A stretch of 63,139 nucleotides of DNA, filler included, from Octopus bimaculoides (lineage: Eukaryota), in the NCBI RefSeq assembly GCF_001194135.2. It is 7 parts of 5 records of this genome, joined end to end, with 100 filler letters (N's around TTAATTAATTAA, not from the genome) between each part and the next. Parts side by side here need not be neighbours in the genome. Positions count along the whole stretch, not along the records: positions 34,488 to 42,772 come from NW_026309667.1; positions 42,873 to 53,846 come from NC_068981.1; 5 more parts are not named here. The stretch is one strand, 5' to 3'. Position numbers and translations under genes: made by a program. Every line of letters begins with the position of its first letter. The first letter of the stretch is position 1. Below the pieces are notes generated by a model that was not told where the DNA came from, searched no databases, and worked only from the letters and a program-made list of their open reading frames with translations. Shown in pieces: positions 38,628 through 51,551 of the stretch.

Positions 38628-39395
38628 NNNNNNNNNNNNNNNNNNNNNNNNNNNNNNNNNNNNNNNNNNNNNNNNNNNNNNNNNNNNNNNNNNNNNNNNN
38701 NNNNNNNNNNNNNNNNNNNNNNNNNNNNNNNNNNNNNNNNNNNNNNNNNNNNNNNNNNNNNNNNNNNNNNNNNNNNNNNNNNNNNNNNNNNNNNNNNNNN
38801 NNNNNNNNNNNNNNNNNNNNNNNNNNNNNNNNNNNNNNNNNNNNNNNNNNNNNNNNNNNNNNNNNNNNNNNNNNNNNNNNNNNNNNNNNNNNNNNNNNNN
38901 NNNNNNNNNNNNNNNNNNNNNNNNNNNNNNNNNNNNNNNNNNNNNNNNNNNNNNNNNNNNNNNNNNNNNNNNNNNNNNNNNNNNNNNNNNNNNNNNNNNN
39001 NNNNNNNNNNNNNNNNNNNNNNNNNNNNNNNNNNNNNNNNNNNNNNNNNNNNNNNNNNNNNNNNNNNNNNNNNNNNNNNNNNNNNNNNNNNNNNNNNNNN
39101 NNNNNNNNNNNNNNNNNNNNNNNNNNNNNNNNNNNNNNNNNNNNNNNNNNNNNNNNNNNNNNNNNNNNNNNNNNNNNNNNNNNNNNNNNNNNNNNNNNNN
39201 NNNNNNNNNNNNNNNNNNNNNNNNNNNNNNNNNNNNNNNNNNNNNNNNNNNNNNNNNNNNNNNNNNNNNNNNNNNNNNNNNNNNNNNNNNNNNNNNNNNN
39301 NNNNNNNNNNNNNNNNNNNNNNNNNNNNNNNNNNNNNNNATTGTGTCTCATAACTAACTGTATGTCATATCATCATGAATTATTATGAAAGAACC

Positions 39396-39450
<55 letters not shown>

Positions 39451-39687
39451 TAATAATAGTAATTATTGATAACAATAATCCTTTCTACTAAAGGTACAAG
39501 GCCTGAAATTTTGGGGAGAGGGGACTAGTTAATTACATTGACCCCCCAGTGTTTCACTGGTACTTAATTTATCGACCCTGGAAAGATGAAAAAGGTGAAG
39601 ATGACCTTGGCAGAATTTGAACTCAGAACGTAGAGATAGACAAAATACCATTAAGCATAATGCTAACGATTATCCCAGTTTGCCCCC

Positions 39688-39720
<33 letters not shown>

Positions 39721-41324
39721 TGATGATGATGACGATGACGACGACGACGACGACGACGATGACGACGACAATAATAATAATAATAATAATAATGATAATA
39801 ACAACAACAACAATAATAATAATAATAATAATAATATTAATAATAATAATAATCCTTTTAACTATAGGCACANNNNNNNNNNNNNNNNNNNNNNNNNNNN
39901 NNNNNNNNNNNNNNNNNNNNNNNNNNNNNNNNNNNNNNNNNNNNNNNNNNNNNNNNNNNNNNNNNNNNNNNNNNNNNNNNNNNNNNNNNNNNNNNNNNNN
40001 NNNNNNNNNNNNNNNNNNNNNNNNNNNNNNNNNNNNNNNNNNNNNNNNNNNNNNNNNNNNNNNNNNNNNNNNNNNNNNNNNNNNNNNNNNNNNNNNNNNN
40101 NNNNNNNNNNNNNNNNNNNNNNNNNNNNNNNNNNNNNNNNNNNNNNNNNNNNNNNNNNNNNNNNNNNNNNNNNNNNNNNNNNNNNNNNNNNNNNNNNNNN
40201 NNNNNNNNNNNNNNNNNNNNNNNNNNNNNNNNNNNNNNNNNNNNNNNNNNNNNNNNNNNNNNNNNNNNNNNNNNNNNNNNNNNNNNNNNNNNNNNNNNNN
40301 NNNNNNNNNNNNNNNNNNNNNNNNNNNNNNNNNNNNNNNNNNNNNNNNNNNNNNNNNNNNNNNNNNNNNNNNNNNNNNNNNNNNNNNNNNNNNNNNTCTA
40401 AGTGGTTGGCGTTAGGAAGGGCATCCAGCTGTAGAAACTCTGCCAAATTTAGATTGGAGCCTGGTGTTGCCATCCGGTTTCACCAGTCCTCAGTCAAATC
40501 GTCCAACCCATGCTAGCATGGAAAGCGGACGTTAAACGATGATGATGATGATGATGATATATATATCATCATCATCATCGTCATTTAACGTCCGCTTTCC
40601 ATGCTAGCATGGGTTCTGGGTACAGGACGTCAAAAAAGGAACGGGAACATAAGCAAAGCACAAAAAACGGACTTGAAGGGTTTCTGTCTACTGGAGTCAC
40701 TTAACTAGGCTTTGGTCAGCGAAGGTCAATGGTAGAAGACATCCCAGGTACTGTGCAGTGGGATTGAACCTGAGACGCCATAGCCCTCATTAGTATCGTT
40801 ATCACCATAGCAACTGTTAGTAGCATCATTGGCACCATCACCATCACCACTATCTCATCACAATCACGAACAGCTTTGCTGTCATCACCACCACCACCAC
40901 CATATTCTTATATCTTGGTTTCTTTTTATCTTTTTTATTATGACGGTGACACCCACCATCACCACCACCACCTCTTGCTGTCTGGTATCACTAACGCGCG
41001 CACACACATACACACACACACACACACACATACATACACGCACGCACGCACTCACACACATGCATCACTGGCACGAGAAGACAGACTTTTCTTTTTTTGT
41101 TTCTTTGTTTAGTCTGTTTCGTTTTGTTTTGTTTTTTTTTTCTTCTTCCTCTTCTGTGTGTGGGATTTATCTTACTTATCAACTGAACCATTGCGTATCT
41201 TGTTGCACACCTGCACTTCTTGCACACCTTTAATTACCTGCAGTCTATTTGCTAATGTAGTTGTTGTTACTTGATTGTCACTGTTGCTGTTATTTAAATT
41301 TCCTGAATTACAATATTGTTATTA

Positions 41325-41401
<77 letters not shown>

Positions 41402-41415
41402 GTGGTTGTAATATA

Positions 41416-41623
41416 AAGCAATGAGCTGGCAGAATCGTTAGCACGCTGGACAAAATGCTTCGTGGCATTTCGTCCAGCTTCACATTCTGATTTCAAATTC
41501 CGCCAAGGTTGACTTTGCCGTTCATCCTTTAAGTCTGTAAAATAAGTACCAGGTGAATACTCTGGTTAATGTAATCGACTGATCCCCTCCCCGATTCCTG
41601 GCTTTGTGCCAAAATTTTAAATC
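41416..41623 (+). mobile_element. SINE family C
   Basis: GAGCTGGCAGAATCGTTAGCACG...TTCAAATTCCGCC...CTTTGCC.TTCATCCTTT...AATAAGTACCAG. Inverted copies at ~17663-17886, 21891-22100, 24301-24521 and 39478-39690. Confidence 0.8.
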
Positions 41624-41675
41624 AAGGCAGCAGTTTAATAATGAAACCCTAGGACTTATCTCTTTTTTATTATTG

Positions 41676-41706
<31 letters not shown>

Positions 41707-42399
41707 TTTGTACTTATTCTATCGGTATCTTTTCGCTGAACCACTTAAGGACATAAGCAAACCAACACCAGTGTTAGGGGGAACGAACACAGAAACATAC
41801 ATAGATATTTATACACATGCAAGCACACACGATGGGCTTCTTTCAATCTCTGTCTTCTAAATCCAATCACAAAGCTTTGGTCAGCCCCGGGGCTGTAGTT
41901 TGACGACACACTTGCCCAAGGTGTCCATTCGCTGGTACTGAACTTGGAACCATGTGGTTAAGAAGAAAGCATCTTAGTACACAGCCATACTTGTGCCTAT
42001 TGTAGAAAACACAAGTGCTGCACAGTGGGACTGAACCTAAACCTAAAACCCCAACCCTAAAACTACAAGGTTGTTAAGCAAGATTCTTAACCATACAACC
42101 ATGCTTGTACCTATGTTTGTATCATCATCATCATCATTTAACGTCCGCTTTCCATGCTAGCATGGGTTGGACGATTTGACTGAGGACTGGTGAAACCAGA
42201 TGGCTACACCAGGCTCCAATCTGATCTGGCAGAGTTTCTACAGCTGGATGCCCTTCCTGACGCCAACCACTCCGAGAGTGTAGTGGGTGCTTCATTGTTT
42301 TTTTTTTTACCCCCATTGTAAAAAGCATCAGTGCTGGTCCCACATTAAAAGCTATGGATGCTGATGACATATCAAAAGCACTGGTGATGTTGCCACATG

Positions 42400-42650
42400 G
42401 GAAGCACGAGTAATGGTGCCACATAAAAAGCACCGGTGATGGTGCCACATAAAAAGCACCCAGTACACTGTAAAGTGGTTGGCATTAGGAAGGGCATCGG
42501 GCCTTAGAAACCAAGCCAAAAGCAGACTATGAAACCTGGTGGGGCCCCTGAAAAAGCACCCTAGTACACTGTAAAGTGGTTGGCATTAGGAAGGACATCG
42601 AGCCTTGGAAACCAAGCCAAAAGCAGACTATGAAACCTGGTGGGGGCCCC
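42400..42650 (+). repeat. Nested tandem repeats inside an RTE-type tail (~25-bp units, then a ~95-bp duplication)
   Basis: gca....tgatggtgccacataaaa repeats, then aaaagcaccc.agtacactgtaaagtgg...ggggcccctg twice. Confidence 0.8.
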
Positions 42651-43837
42651 TGTCCTTGCCAGCTGCTGTCAATCTATCCAACCCATACCAGCATGGAAAA
42701 CGGGCATTAAATGATGATTATGATTGTGTCCCTGGGAAATTATTGATTTTGAAAATTAAAAGGCAAAGTCAGNNNNNNNNNNNNNNNNNNNNNNNNNNNN
42801 NNNNNNNNNNNNNNNNTTAATTAATTAANNNNNNNNNNNNNNNNNNNNNNNNNNNNNNNNNNNNNNNNNNNNTATATATATGATCAATTTAGGACGCTTT
42901 TCCTTGGTGTCTGACGCCAAAACACCGGATCGCTCACTTCTGTGTTTCTATACTTCAATTCTCTAAACAACTCTCACCTGCATCTCACTGTTTTTGAGGA
43001 CTTATATAACGCCATTGTACTCTCATTTCTGGCTACATCGTCAGCTGTATCTTATCTTCCACCTAAGCACAACTGCCACAGCCAGGATTTACAACTTACA
43101 TCTTCTAAAATGCATATCCTACACTAAACACACACACACTGTGCTTTTAACACCCCTCCCCGTTTCTTTTACACAGCCTTAATTCTCTCATTTTCACACT
43201 CACATATATGAAATCCACTGACATATTCTACATTTTCATCTCTGCACGCCTGACACACACACAACCATACTTGTACATCCACATAAACATGTCTCAAACA
43301 TACTTCTACACATATTTCATCTACTGTGTTTGTCACACATACACACGAAAATCTACTTCGCACCCCCACCCACCCCCACACACACACACGCACACGCACA
43401 CACATAGCACATGCACAAACAAGTCTCACACGGACTTCATTTTACCTCCCATGACTGTCATGATTATTTCTCATAGCCCCGTGCCCTTTCCAAACAAATT
43501 CTATTACATATGGTAGCCCCTTGAACCCTGTTACATCATTGAACCAGCATCATGAATATTTCCCTTCCAATTTTTCTCTCCCTTCTCCCTTCCTCATGTC
43601 CTCAATTAGGGCCACCATCTCAAATGAAACACTAATCCTCCATCTTTCTTTCTTCTCTGTTTTATACATCGACATTCAACTTTTATCATTATTGTTATTG
43701 TTTCTTTATGATTTCCTTATTTTTATTCGTGTCTTACCAGCATATCAATCAACAACACTGATATCCATTTCAGTGCTGAAGAAGACTTAACACGGATTAT
43801 CTATCGATTAACTTCTGTTTCTTTTTTCAAATGACAG

Positions 43838-43930
43838 AAGATGTTGCCAGCTCGGCTGCCTATGCAGCCTGGTTGGCGAGTGAAGATGTAGTCCCGACAC
43901 ATCTCGTCCACATCTGCAACATTAACACAG
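43838..43930 (+). CDS. Candidate 93-nt symmetric phase-1 exon (DVASSAAYAAWLASEDVVPTHLVHICNINT)
   Basis: Strong acceptor ttctgtttcttttttcaaatgacag, donor CAG|gtcata, GC-rich island; open only in the phase-1 frame. Confidence 0.3.
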
Positions 43931-44033
43931 GTCATAGCTCCAATCAACTTATCTTACGCAAAACAATTACTTTTGCGGAAAAATAGAATACAAACTATTT
44001 TGTAACAATATTTACTTGCTTAAACAAAAGCAT

Positions 44034-44112
<79 letters not shown>

Positions 44113-44309
44113 NNNNNNNNNNNNNNNNNNNNNNNNNNNNNNNNNNNNNNNNNNNNNNNNNNNNNNNNNNNNNNNNNNNNNNNNNNNNNNNNNNNNNNNN
44201 NNNNNNNNNNNNNNNNNNNNNNNNNNNNNNNNNNNNNNNNNNNNNNNNNNNNNNNNNNNNNNNNNNNNNNNNNNNNNNNNNNNNNNNNNNNNNNNNNNNN
44301 NNNNNNNNA

Positions 44310-44468
44310 CACACACACGCATACACACATTTATACGAAGCGATGGTCAATGAGAACCTAGATACACACACACACGTATACTCGCGCATAAAAACACACA
44401 CACACGCATACACACATTTATACGAAGCGATGGTCAATGAGAACCTAGATACACACACACACACACAT
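44310..44468. repeat. ~90-bp tandem duplication within a CA-rich tract
   Basis: acacgcatacacacatttatacgaagcgatggtcaatgagaacctagatacacac occurs twice. Confidence 0.85.
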
Positions 44469-44880
44469 TAGTGTATACATGCATGTTTCTTTATGCGTAT
44501 GTGTGTGTATATGCGCAGAGAAAACTAAAGCGTACAGTTTATATTTGTATATGTATACAAAAAATCCAATTCACGCCTCTCCGTTTCTAAGTCCTCATTT
44601 TGTAGAATGATGTCAGCGCTGTTGCTATTTCATTCATAATTATTAACTGACGGGAACCTATAATTCAACGGCTGCAATCTTGTTAGATGAGTTACATAAC
44701 AGCAGCAGATGAAACGGTTTCGCAGAATACGCATGCTGCTTGAAATAAATATCGAATTTCTTGAAGCTAGAATCTTCGTTACCAAAGGAAGTTAAATCAG
44801 TTTTTTATACAAATAAGTACTTTTAATTATTGAAAGAAATATATCCTTATGAAAAATATTATTGATGCCAGAAAGTCTAT

Positions 44881-44951
44881 TAACATATAGAGTGTGGTCA
44901 GGATTCCTGGCTTTCACTCTGGCGTCTCGGGTTCGATTCCCGGCTTAGGCG
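44881..44951 (+). pseudogene. tRNA-Glu(TTC)-derived pseudogene
   Basis: GGTCAGGATTCCTGGCTTTCACTCTGGCGTCTCGGGTTCGATTCCCGG is close to eukaryotic tRNA-Glu (anticodon ttc at 44913-44915, B box intact). The acceptor stem and one anticodon-arm strand no longer pair. Confidence 0.65.
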
Positions 44952-45101
44952 TGATTTTGTGGTAAGAAGTTTACTTACCGACTTCTTCTGGGTGTTCTGT
45001 TCCACTGTATAACACCTTGGATAGGTATTGTATACCATAGCCTTGGGCCGTCCAATGCCTTGTGAGTGGAATTGGTAGAATGAAACTGAAAGAAACCCGT
45101 A

Positions 45102-45147
<46 letters not shown>

Positions 45148-45770
45148 NNNNNNNNNNNNNNNNNNNNNNNNNNNNNNNNNNNNNNNNNNNNNNNNNNNNN
45201 NNNNNNNNNNNNNNNNNNNNNNNNNNNNNNNNNNNNNNNNNNNNNNNNNNNNNNNNNNNNNNNNNNNNNNNNNNNNNNNNNNNNNNNNNNNNNNNNNNNN
45301 NNNNNNNNNNNNNNNNNNNNNNNNNNNNNNNNNNNNNNNNNNNNNNNNNNNNNNNNNNNNNNNNNNNNNNNNNNNNNNNNNNNNNNNNNNNNNNNNNNNN
45401 NNNNNNNNNNNNNNNNNNNNNNNNNNNNNNNNNNNNNNNNNNNNNNNNNNNNNNNNNNNNNNNNNNNNNNNNNNNNNNNNNNNNNNNNNNNNNNNNNNNN
45501 NNNNNNNNNNNNNNNNNNNNNNNNNNNNNNNNNNNNNNNNNNNNNNNNNNNNNNNNNNNGTTGAAATTAACAGAAAAACAAAAGACGAAGACAATAGTAT
45601 AAACAACAAAGAGGTGTATTAGTTTAACGCTCTGGAAGGTGAGAAAGTCATTTACGTTTCGAGCCTCAGCTCTTCAACAGAAAGGAACACGAGGAAATAA
45701 ACAGAAAGAGAAATTATATAAATTTTTGGAGCTAGCGGAATTGATACTTATACATCTTTGTTACTCATTT

Positions 45771-45812
<42 letters not shown>

Positions 45813-45861
45813 ACATATATATATATGTGTATGTGTGTGTGTGTGCATATATATATGTATG

Positions 45862-46338
45862 CAGTAATCACTCGCCATATTGCGATTCACCTGTCGCGGA
45901 TTTTTCTGACTAATATACGTAATTTTATATCGTTGACTCCTCAGTATATCGCGGGTTTCTGCAGCCGTTAGGGATTTATCTCTTTTTAGATTATAATCAT
46001 TTCTGTGGTAAAATAAGCATTTTCACGCCTAACTATTAATAAATTAATAAATAAAAATGCAATACAGTACCGCACTGTATAACATATTAATCAAATTCTA
46101 TTAAAAGGAAATACGAAGTGTACCGTAGATGAGTAAACAAAGAATCGCACATACTGTATGGAAAATAAAACTCGGGAGGCGTGTGTGTGGTGTTGTTTTG
46201 CATTTATAACAAAATGAATATATACAAATTCTAAAAATAATTTTTAAAAAAATATACAGTACTGATTCTACTCCGCAGATTTCCACGTATCGCGAGGTGT
46301 TTTGTAACGTAATACCCACGATAGTCAAGAGATTACTG
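45862..46338. mobile_element. Pogo/Tigger-like MITE
   Basis: Imperfect TIRs CAGTAATCACTCG... and ...CAAGAGATTACTG, with TA on the right flank. Confidence 0.7.
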
Positions 46339-46367
46339 TATATATATCATTTAGTTTATGCAACAAG

Positions 46368-46930
46368 TATTGGGTTGGCAACTAAGTTCCCGCCGTTCTT
46401 TTTAATTTTTTTTTTTAAAGGTTTAATAAAAAATAATAACTGATTAATCAATAATGTATTCACCCTTGTTGTTTACAACTTCTTCCCAACGTTAAACAAG
46501 ATTTTCAATACCTCGTTGGTAGAAATCACCCGATTTCGACTCGAAAAATTGATCCAATCCAAGCTTTCAATTCTGCATCAGTATGGAATGAAACACCGCG
46601 CATAGCATTTGAGAGAGATCGAAAGAGGTGGAAATCCGTTGGTGCCAAATCAGGAGGGTACGGCGGGTGTGGCAGCACTTCCCAGCCATGCGTTTGAATA
46701 ACTTCCTTGGTCACTGATATCAAGGCGGGCTTTGTCATGCAGCAGAAGAACTCCGTACTACCTACCGATTAGGTCTGTTCTCTTGAATAGCCGTGTTGAG
46801 TCGTTCCATCTGTTGAACATAAAGTTCCGCGTTGACCGTTTGATTCCACTCGAGCCATTCATAATGGATAAACCCTTCCCAGTCCCAGTCCCACCATACG
46901 CACAACATTGTGTTTTGGGCCTTTCCCTCT
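46368..46930 (-). mobile_element. Mariner transposase C-terminal half plus terminal inverted repeat
   Basis: MLCVWWDWDWEGFIHYEWL, LLHDKAR, WEVLPHPPYPPDLAPTDFHLF and FYQRGIENLV*RWEEVVNNKGEY. TA + TTGGGTTGGCAACTAAGT end at 46368. Confidence 0.9.
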
Positions 46931-48994
46931 GTTTATTTCAGAAAGGCAACGGAATGAAACCACAAAGAGATTCTGTCAAGACTGGTAATGCCTTTAAAAG
47001 TTGATAGATGCGGGCAGGAACAATTCCAATCAAATGGAATGAATATCCATAAAAGGAAGTAATGTCCAAAGGGTACAGCATTAATGACGTACACCAATAG
47101 AAGATGGCTGACATTTAAGCGTGAGGAGATTCTATAGAAATTTGATTAAGAAATATTTCAAGAACTAACTGATGAATCTTGAAAGAATGTTGAGTAATGT
47201 CAGTTCATGGTTTGACCTCAATTAAACCAGAAGTCGTGGAAATAAATGTGCTCCATCAGGTTTGCTAAATTAGTTCATTAATACAACACAGAGAATCCTT
47301 ATAGAGACGAATAACAATGTCCGAAGTAGCTCATCCATGCGTTTTAACTGTTTTCCCTACAAAATCTTAAACTCAGGTCACGCTATTAATCTTCTGTATG
47401 ACTCAGAGATACAAGGGGTCGATAAAGTTTAAATACAAACTATATGGGTTGGATTCAGAAAAATAAAACATTGCAAGCATCATCAGCTCGTACATTGTCA
47501 CGTATTCTTGAAATAAATCTACGTCCATTCTGCTACGATGGTTCCGGCACGCTAGATACATATACAAACCTTTAAAAAAAAAACATCACAGTCGCGTGGA
47601 TTAAAATCGTTGAGATTATTATCTCCATTGAAGCACGAGCTGGGTCTATATATTTTTCCTCTTTTCCTCCGCAACACTCATTAATTAGGACAGAGATGGT
47701 GAGTACACTTAGAAGAAGCAGTATCATATTTGAATTTGGCATCTGTTTCGTTTTATGACAAGCTTCCGGAAGATGCGAATTCGAGTCCCAGTGGTACTCA
47801 CCTTATTTCTATTCTGTTCATATCCCGTCTAACTAATGTACGTATTTATATTCGACACACTTATCTATGTATATACTTATATACACACACATACATATAT
47901 CTACCTCTGTATTGTATTTCAGTGCAATTATGTTTCCAACATATGAAGCCACGCGAGTGTTCTCCACATCTGTTACCCTCACACATAGAAATTAAGACTT
48001 ACCCTGGTTCTCAACCTGGTTCCCGTTTTCTCTCCCTTCATCTACGCCTAAATATAATGCTGAAACACTTAACTCCACTTGCAGTCACTAACAAACGAAA
48101 GGTGTATAACCTCGAAAATCGCCAGCCTGGAATTTTCATCTCTGGATGACCACACATACCTAAATGATGTATATATACATACCTCTGTGTGCGTGTGTGA
48201 AATTACGCTTATTTTGCTTGTTTATATTCGCTAAATAATCTAATATATCAAAATATTCACATTATTCACCTTATCTTTAAGTTGTATGAATAATACCGCA
48301 TTAATATTTGGTACTTGAACTTAAGTACCTAATTCATCTAAATCTCAATTATTTTGCTTATATATATATATATATACGACGGGTTTCTTTCAGTTTCCAT
48401 CTACAAAATTCACTCACAAGGCTATAGTAGAAGGCACTTGCCCAAGGTAGCACGTAGTGGAACTGAACCCAGAACCATGTGGTTGACAAACTTGAGCTTC
48501 TTACCACACAGCCAGGCCTGCGCCTATATATATGCACAACGCACCTCCTACCGCACTAATACCCACGTATTAATTTGATGTGCTTCACACACACACACAC
48601 ACACACAAGCATATTCACACACACACACACACACACAAGCATATTCACACGCATGCGCACTAGTAACCTCGAGCTAAGGATTAACAATATGGAATCACAT
48701 TAACCAAACATCTACGCAGACGCAACCATTCACGTCATTGACCACAACAACCAACACGTTTATTCGTCAATATATAGCACACACATATACGCTGGCATAC
48801 AAGCAAACAATATAACCCACACATACTTAACACCACACACACACACACACACACACACGCACGAACGCACGCATATACAGATAGACGTATAGATACACAA
48901 AAGTGACAGTCCATACTAGTCTCCAGTGACTGTATTATGATACCGCATTTAAAAGGTTCTTATCTCTCATTCTTTTATTTATTTATTCACGGTT

Positions 48995-49031
<37 letters not shown>

Positions 49032-49430
49032 AACACAAACACGCACGCACATTCACACATGTGTGCACACACACACCGCACACACCACACACACAAACAC
49101 GACACAGGAAGCTAACAAGAACCAAGACAGTTTTATTAGTCAAACCTAATACGTTAACAAAATGGAGATTCGACGCTCGTTCTTACACACACACGATTTA
49201 TTAGGTGGCATCCAACAAATCCAGCTACGGAGTGCATTCGTAACTTGTACGCATGCGCATACCACACACCAGCACTTGCTTATGTGAGTCCAGTTTTATC
49301 CACGAAACCTGTGGAAACATCTTTTGCCGTTAATAAACCAACCCAGTCGGCTTGATACCAGAATTGTTGCTCAGTCGAACTATGGCTTTCCCACCTCTAT
49401 ACCAGCAGATTGAATACGTATTATTTTATT

Positions 49431-49785
49431 CTTTTACTTGTTCCAGTCATTTGACTGCGGCCATGCGGGAGCACCGCCTTTGGACGAATAAATCGCCCAA
49501 GACTTATTCTTTGTAAGCCTAATACTTATTCTGTTGGTATCTTTTGCCGAACCGCTAAGTAACGGGGACATAAACACACCAGCATCGGTTATCAAGCGAT
49601 GATAGGGGACAAGCACAGGCACACAAATACATACATACACACACACACACATATCTCAAATCCACTGGCAAAGCTTTGGTCAGCCCGAGGCTATAGCAGA
49701 AGACACTTGCCCAAGGCGTCACGTAGTGGGATTGAACCCGGAACCATGTGGTTGGTAAGCAAGCTTCTTACCACACATCCACTTC
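49431..49785 (-). mobile_element. SINE family A, CpG-rich young copy
   Basis: Reverse-complement match to 36259-36647. Confidence 0.85.
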
Positions 49786-50179
49786 TGCAGCTTTATATTT
49801 ATATATATATATATATATNNNNNNNNNNNNNNNNNNNNNNNNNNNNNNNNNNNNNNNNNNNNNNNNNNNNNNNNNNNNNNNNNNNNNNNNNNNNNNNNNN
49901 NNNNNNNNNNNNNNNNNNNNNNNNNNNNNNNNNNNNNNNNNNNNNNNNNNNNNNNNNNNNNNNNNNNNNNNNNNNNNNNNNNNNNNNNNNNNNNNNNNNN
50001 NNNNNNNNNNNNNNNNNNNNNNNNNNNNNNNNNNNNNNNNNNNNNNNNNNNNNNNNNNNNNNNNNNNNNNNNNNNNNNNNNNNNNNNNNNNNNNNNNNNN
50101 NNNNNNNNNNNNNNNNNNNNNNNNNNNNNNNNNNNNNNNNNNNNNNNNNNNNNNNNNNNNNNNNNNNNNNNNNNNNNNN

Positions 50180-50233
<54 letters not shown>

Positions 50234-50844
50234 GTGTGTGTAAGAAGCAAAGAGAAAAGGGGGAAGGAACATTTGCATTTTGTGTATTTATGTCTGTATC
50301 GACGGACCACCACATGAAGCTCTTTCTTCGTGACCAATAAAAATAAGAACGCAACCTGCGTTTCTCGATCAAAAGATGGCCGTTTTCTTATCCTTACGGA
50401 AGATTCGGCTAATTGTTGGATCAACCGCAACGATAAGAATAGCTGTTCGACATAATCCCTCACGTCAGCAATGCCTGAACAGAGAACAAGTTTGTTCAAC
50501 AACGGTTTCATCGTTTTGCAAGCTCCTCATGCAGGCCAACCGGACTCCACTCGTGCACCTGAAGAACGTATCTCATATCAACAAAGCCCCTCACTGCGCA
50601 CTCTAGACAGATATCTGTGGAAGCTATTCTTAATCTTTTGTTTAGTTGGCCTCTATCGATGTCTAAAGTGTCTCAGAGAAGACGTTGCTCTTAGCGCCGG
50701 TGGTATTCTATAGAATGTAAGGACTGACGTACAACCAGCCCCTTCACTTGACCCAGAACTGCAGTTTCCGTCAGAGACGAAATAGACGGGAAACGTACCT
50801 GATAAATAGAAAGCACGCCCACGCACACCCTCAGACCGCCAGGA

Positions 50845-50897
50845 ATGTCTGGACATGTCACAGACTTAGACATCCATGTGGATGATCAAGGAGAAGG
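50845..50897 (+). CDS. Candidate internal first coding exon MSGHVTDLDIHVDDQGE, phase 2 donor
   Basis: ggaATG start and AGG|gtgggt donor at the end of a ~650 bp unique CpG-rich block. No homology recognised. Confidence 0.25.
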
Positions 50898-51098
50898 GTG
50901 GGTTGGGGAGAGAAGGGGGAGGAGAAGAGGAAGATGAAAAAAGAAGAGGAGTGGAGGATGATGATAGTGATGAAGTAAAGGAAAAAGAGAGCAAAAGGAA
51001 GAGAAGGGGAGGAGGAGGATGAAGAGGAGAGAAGGGGGAGTGAAACAACAGGTAATAGATGATGCAGATGATACAGTAATAGAAAAAGAAAAGATAGA

Positions 51099-51349
51099 GG
51101 AGGAGGAGGAGGAGGAGGAGGAGGAGGTGGGGAGAAAAAGAAGAAGAAGGAGGAGGAGAAGAAGAAGAAGAAGAAGAAGAAAAAGAAGAAGAAGAAGAAG
51201 AAGAAGAAAAAGAAGAAGAAGAAGAAGACGAAGAAGAAGAAGACGAAGAAGAAAAAGAAGAAGAAGAAGAAGAAGAAGAAGAAAAAGAAGAAGAAGAAGA
51301 AGAAGAAGAAGAAGAAGAAGAAGAAGAAGAAGAAGAAGAAGAAGAAGAC
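51099..51349. repeat. (GAG)n/(GAA)n microsatellite
   Basis: Direct reading; source of the poly-R/S ORFs. Confidence 0.95.
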
Positions 51350-51517
51350 GTTATGTATATAGAATTAATATAAACAACGTCTAAATGGTTCAGTCTAAAT
51401 GGTTCAGTCGCCATTGCATTGTCAATATAACCGTTGATGAAAATAAAGTTGTGTACCCACTGTAGTTACTTCCCTTACTCCCCCTCTCTCTCTCTCTTCA
51501 CACACACACTCTCCCTC

Positions 51518-51551
<34 letters not shown>

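Noticed and set aside
42035-42062. aacctaaacctaaaaccccaaccctaa telomere-like run
   Set aside because: It is highly degenerate and derives from slippage at a SINE B-box end (ctgaacct).
49768-50511. Minus-strand ORF MKPLLNKLVLCSGIADVRDYVEQ...
   Set aside because: No recognisable domain, and it runs into (CA)n and a gap; covered under the 50240-50903 finding.
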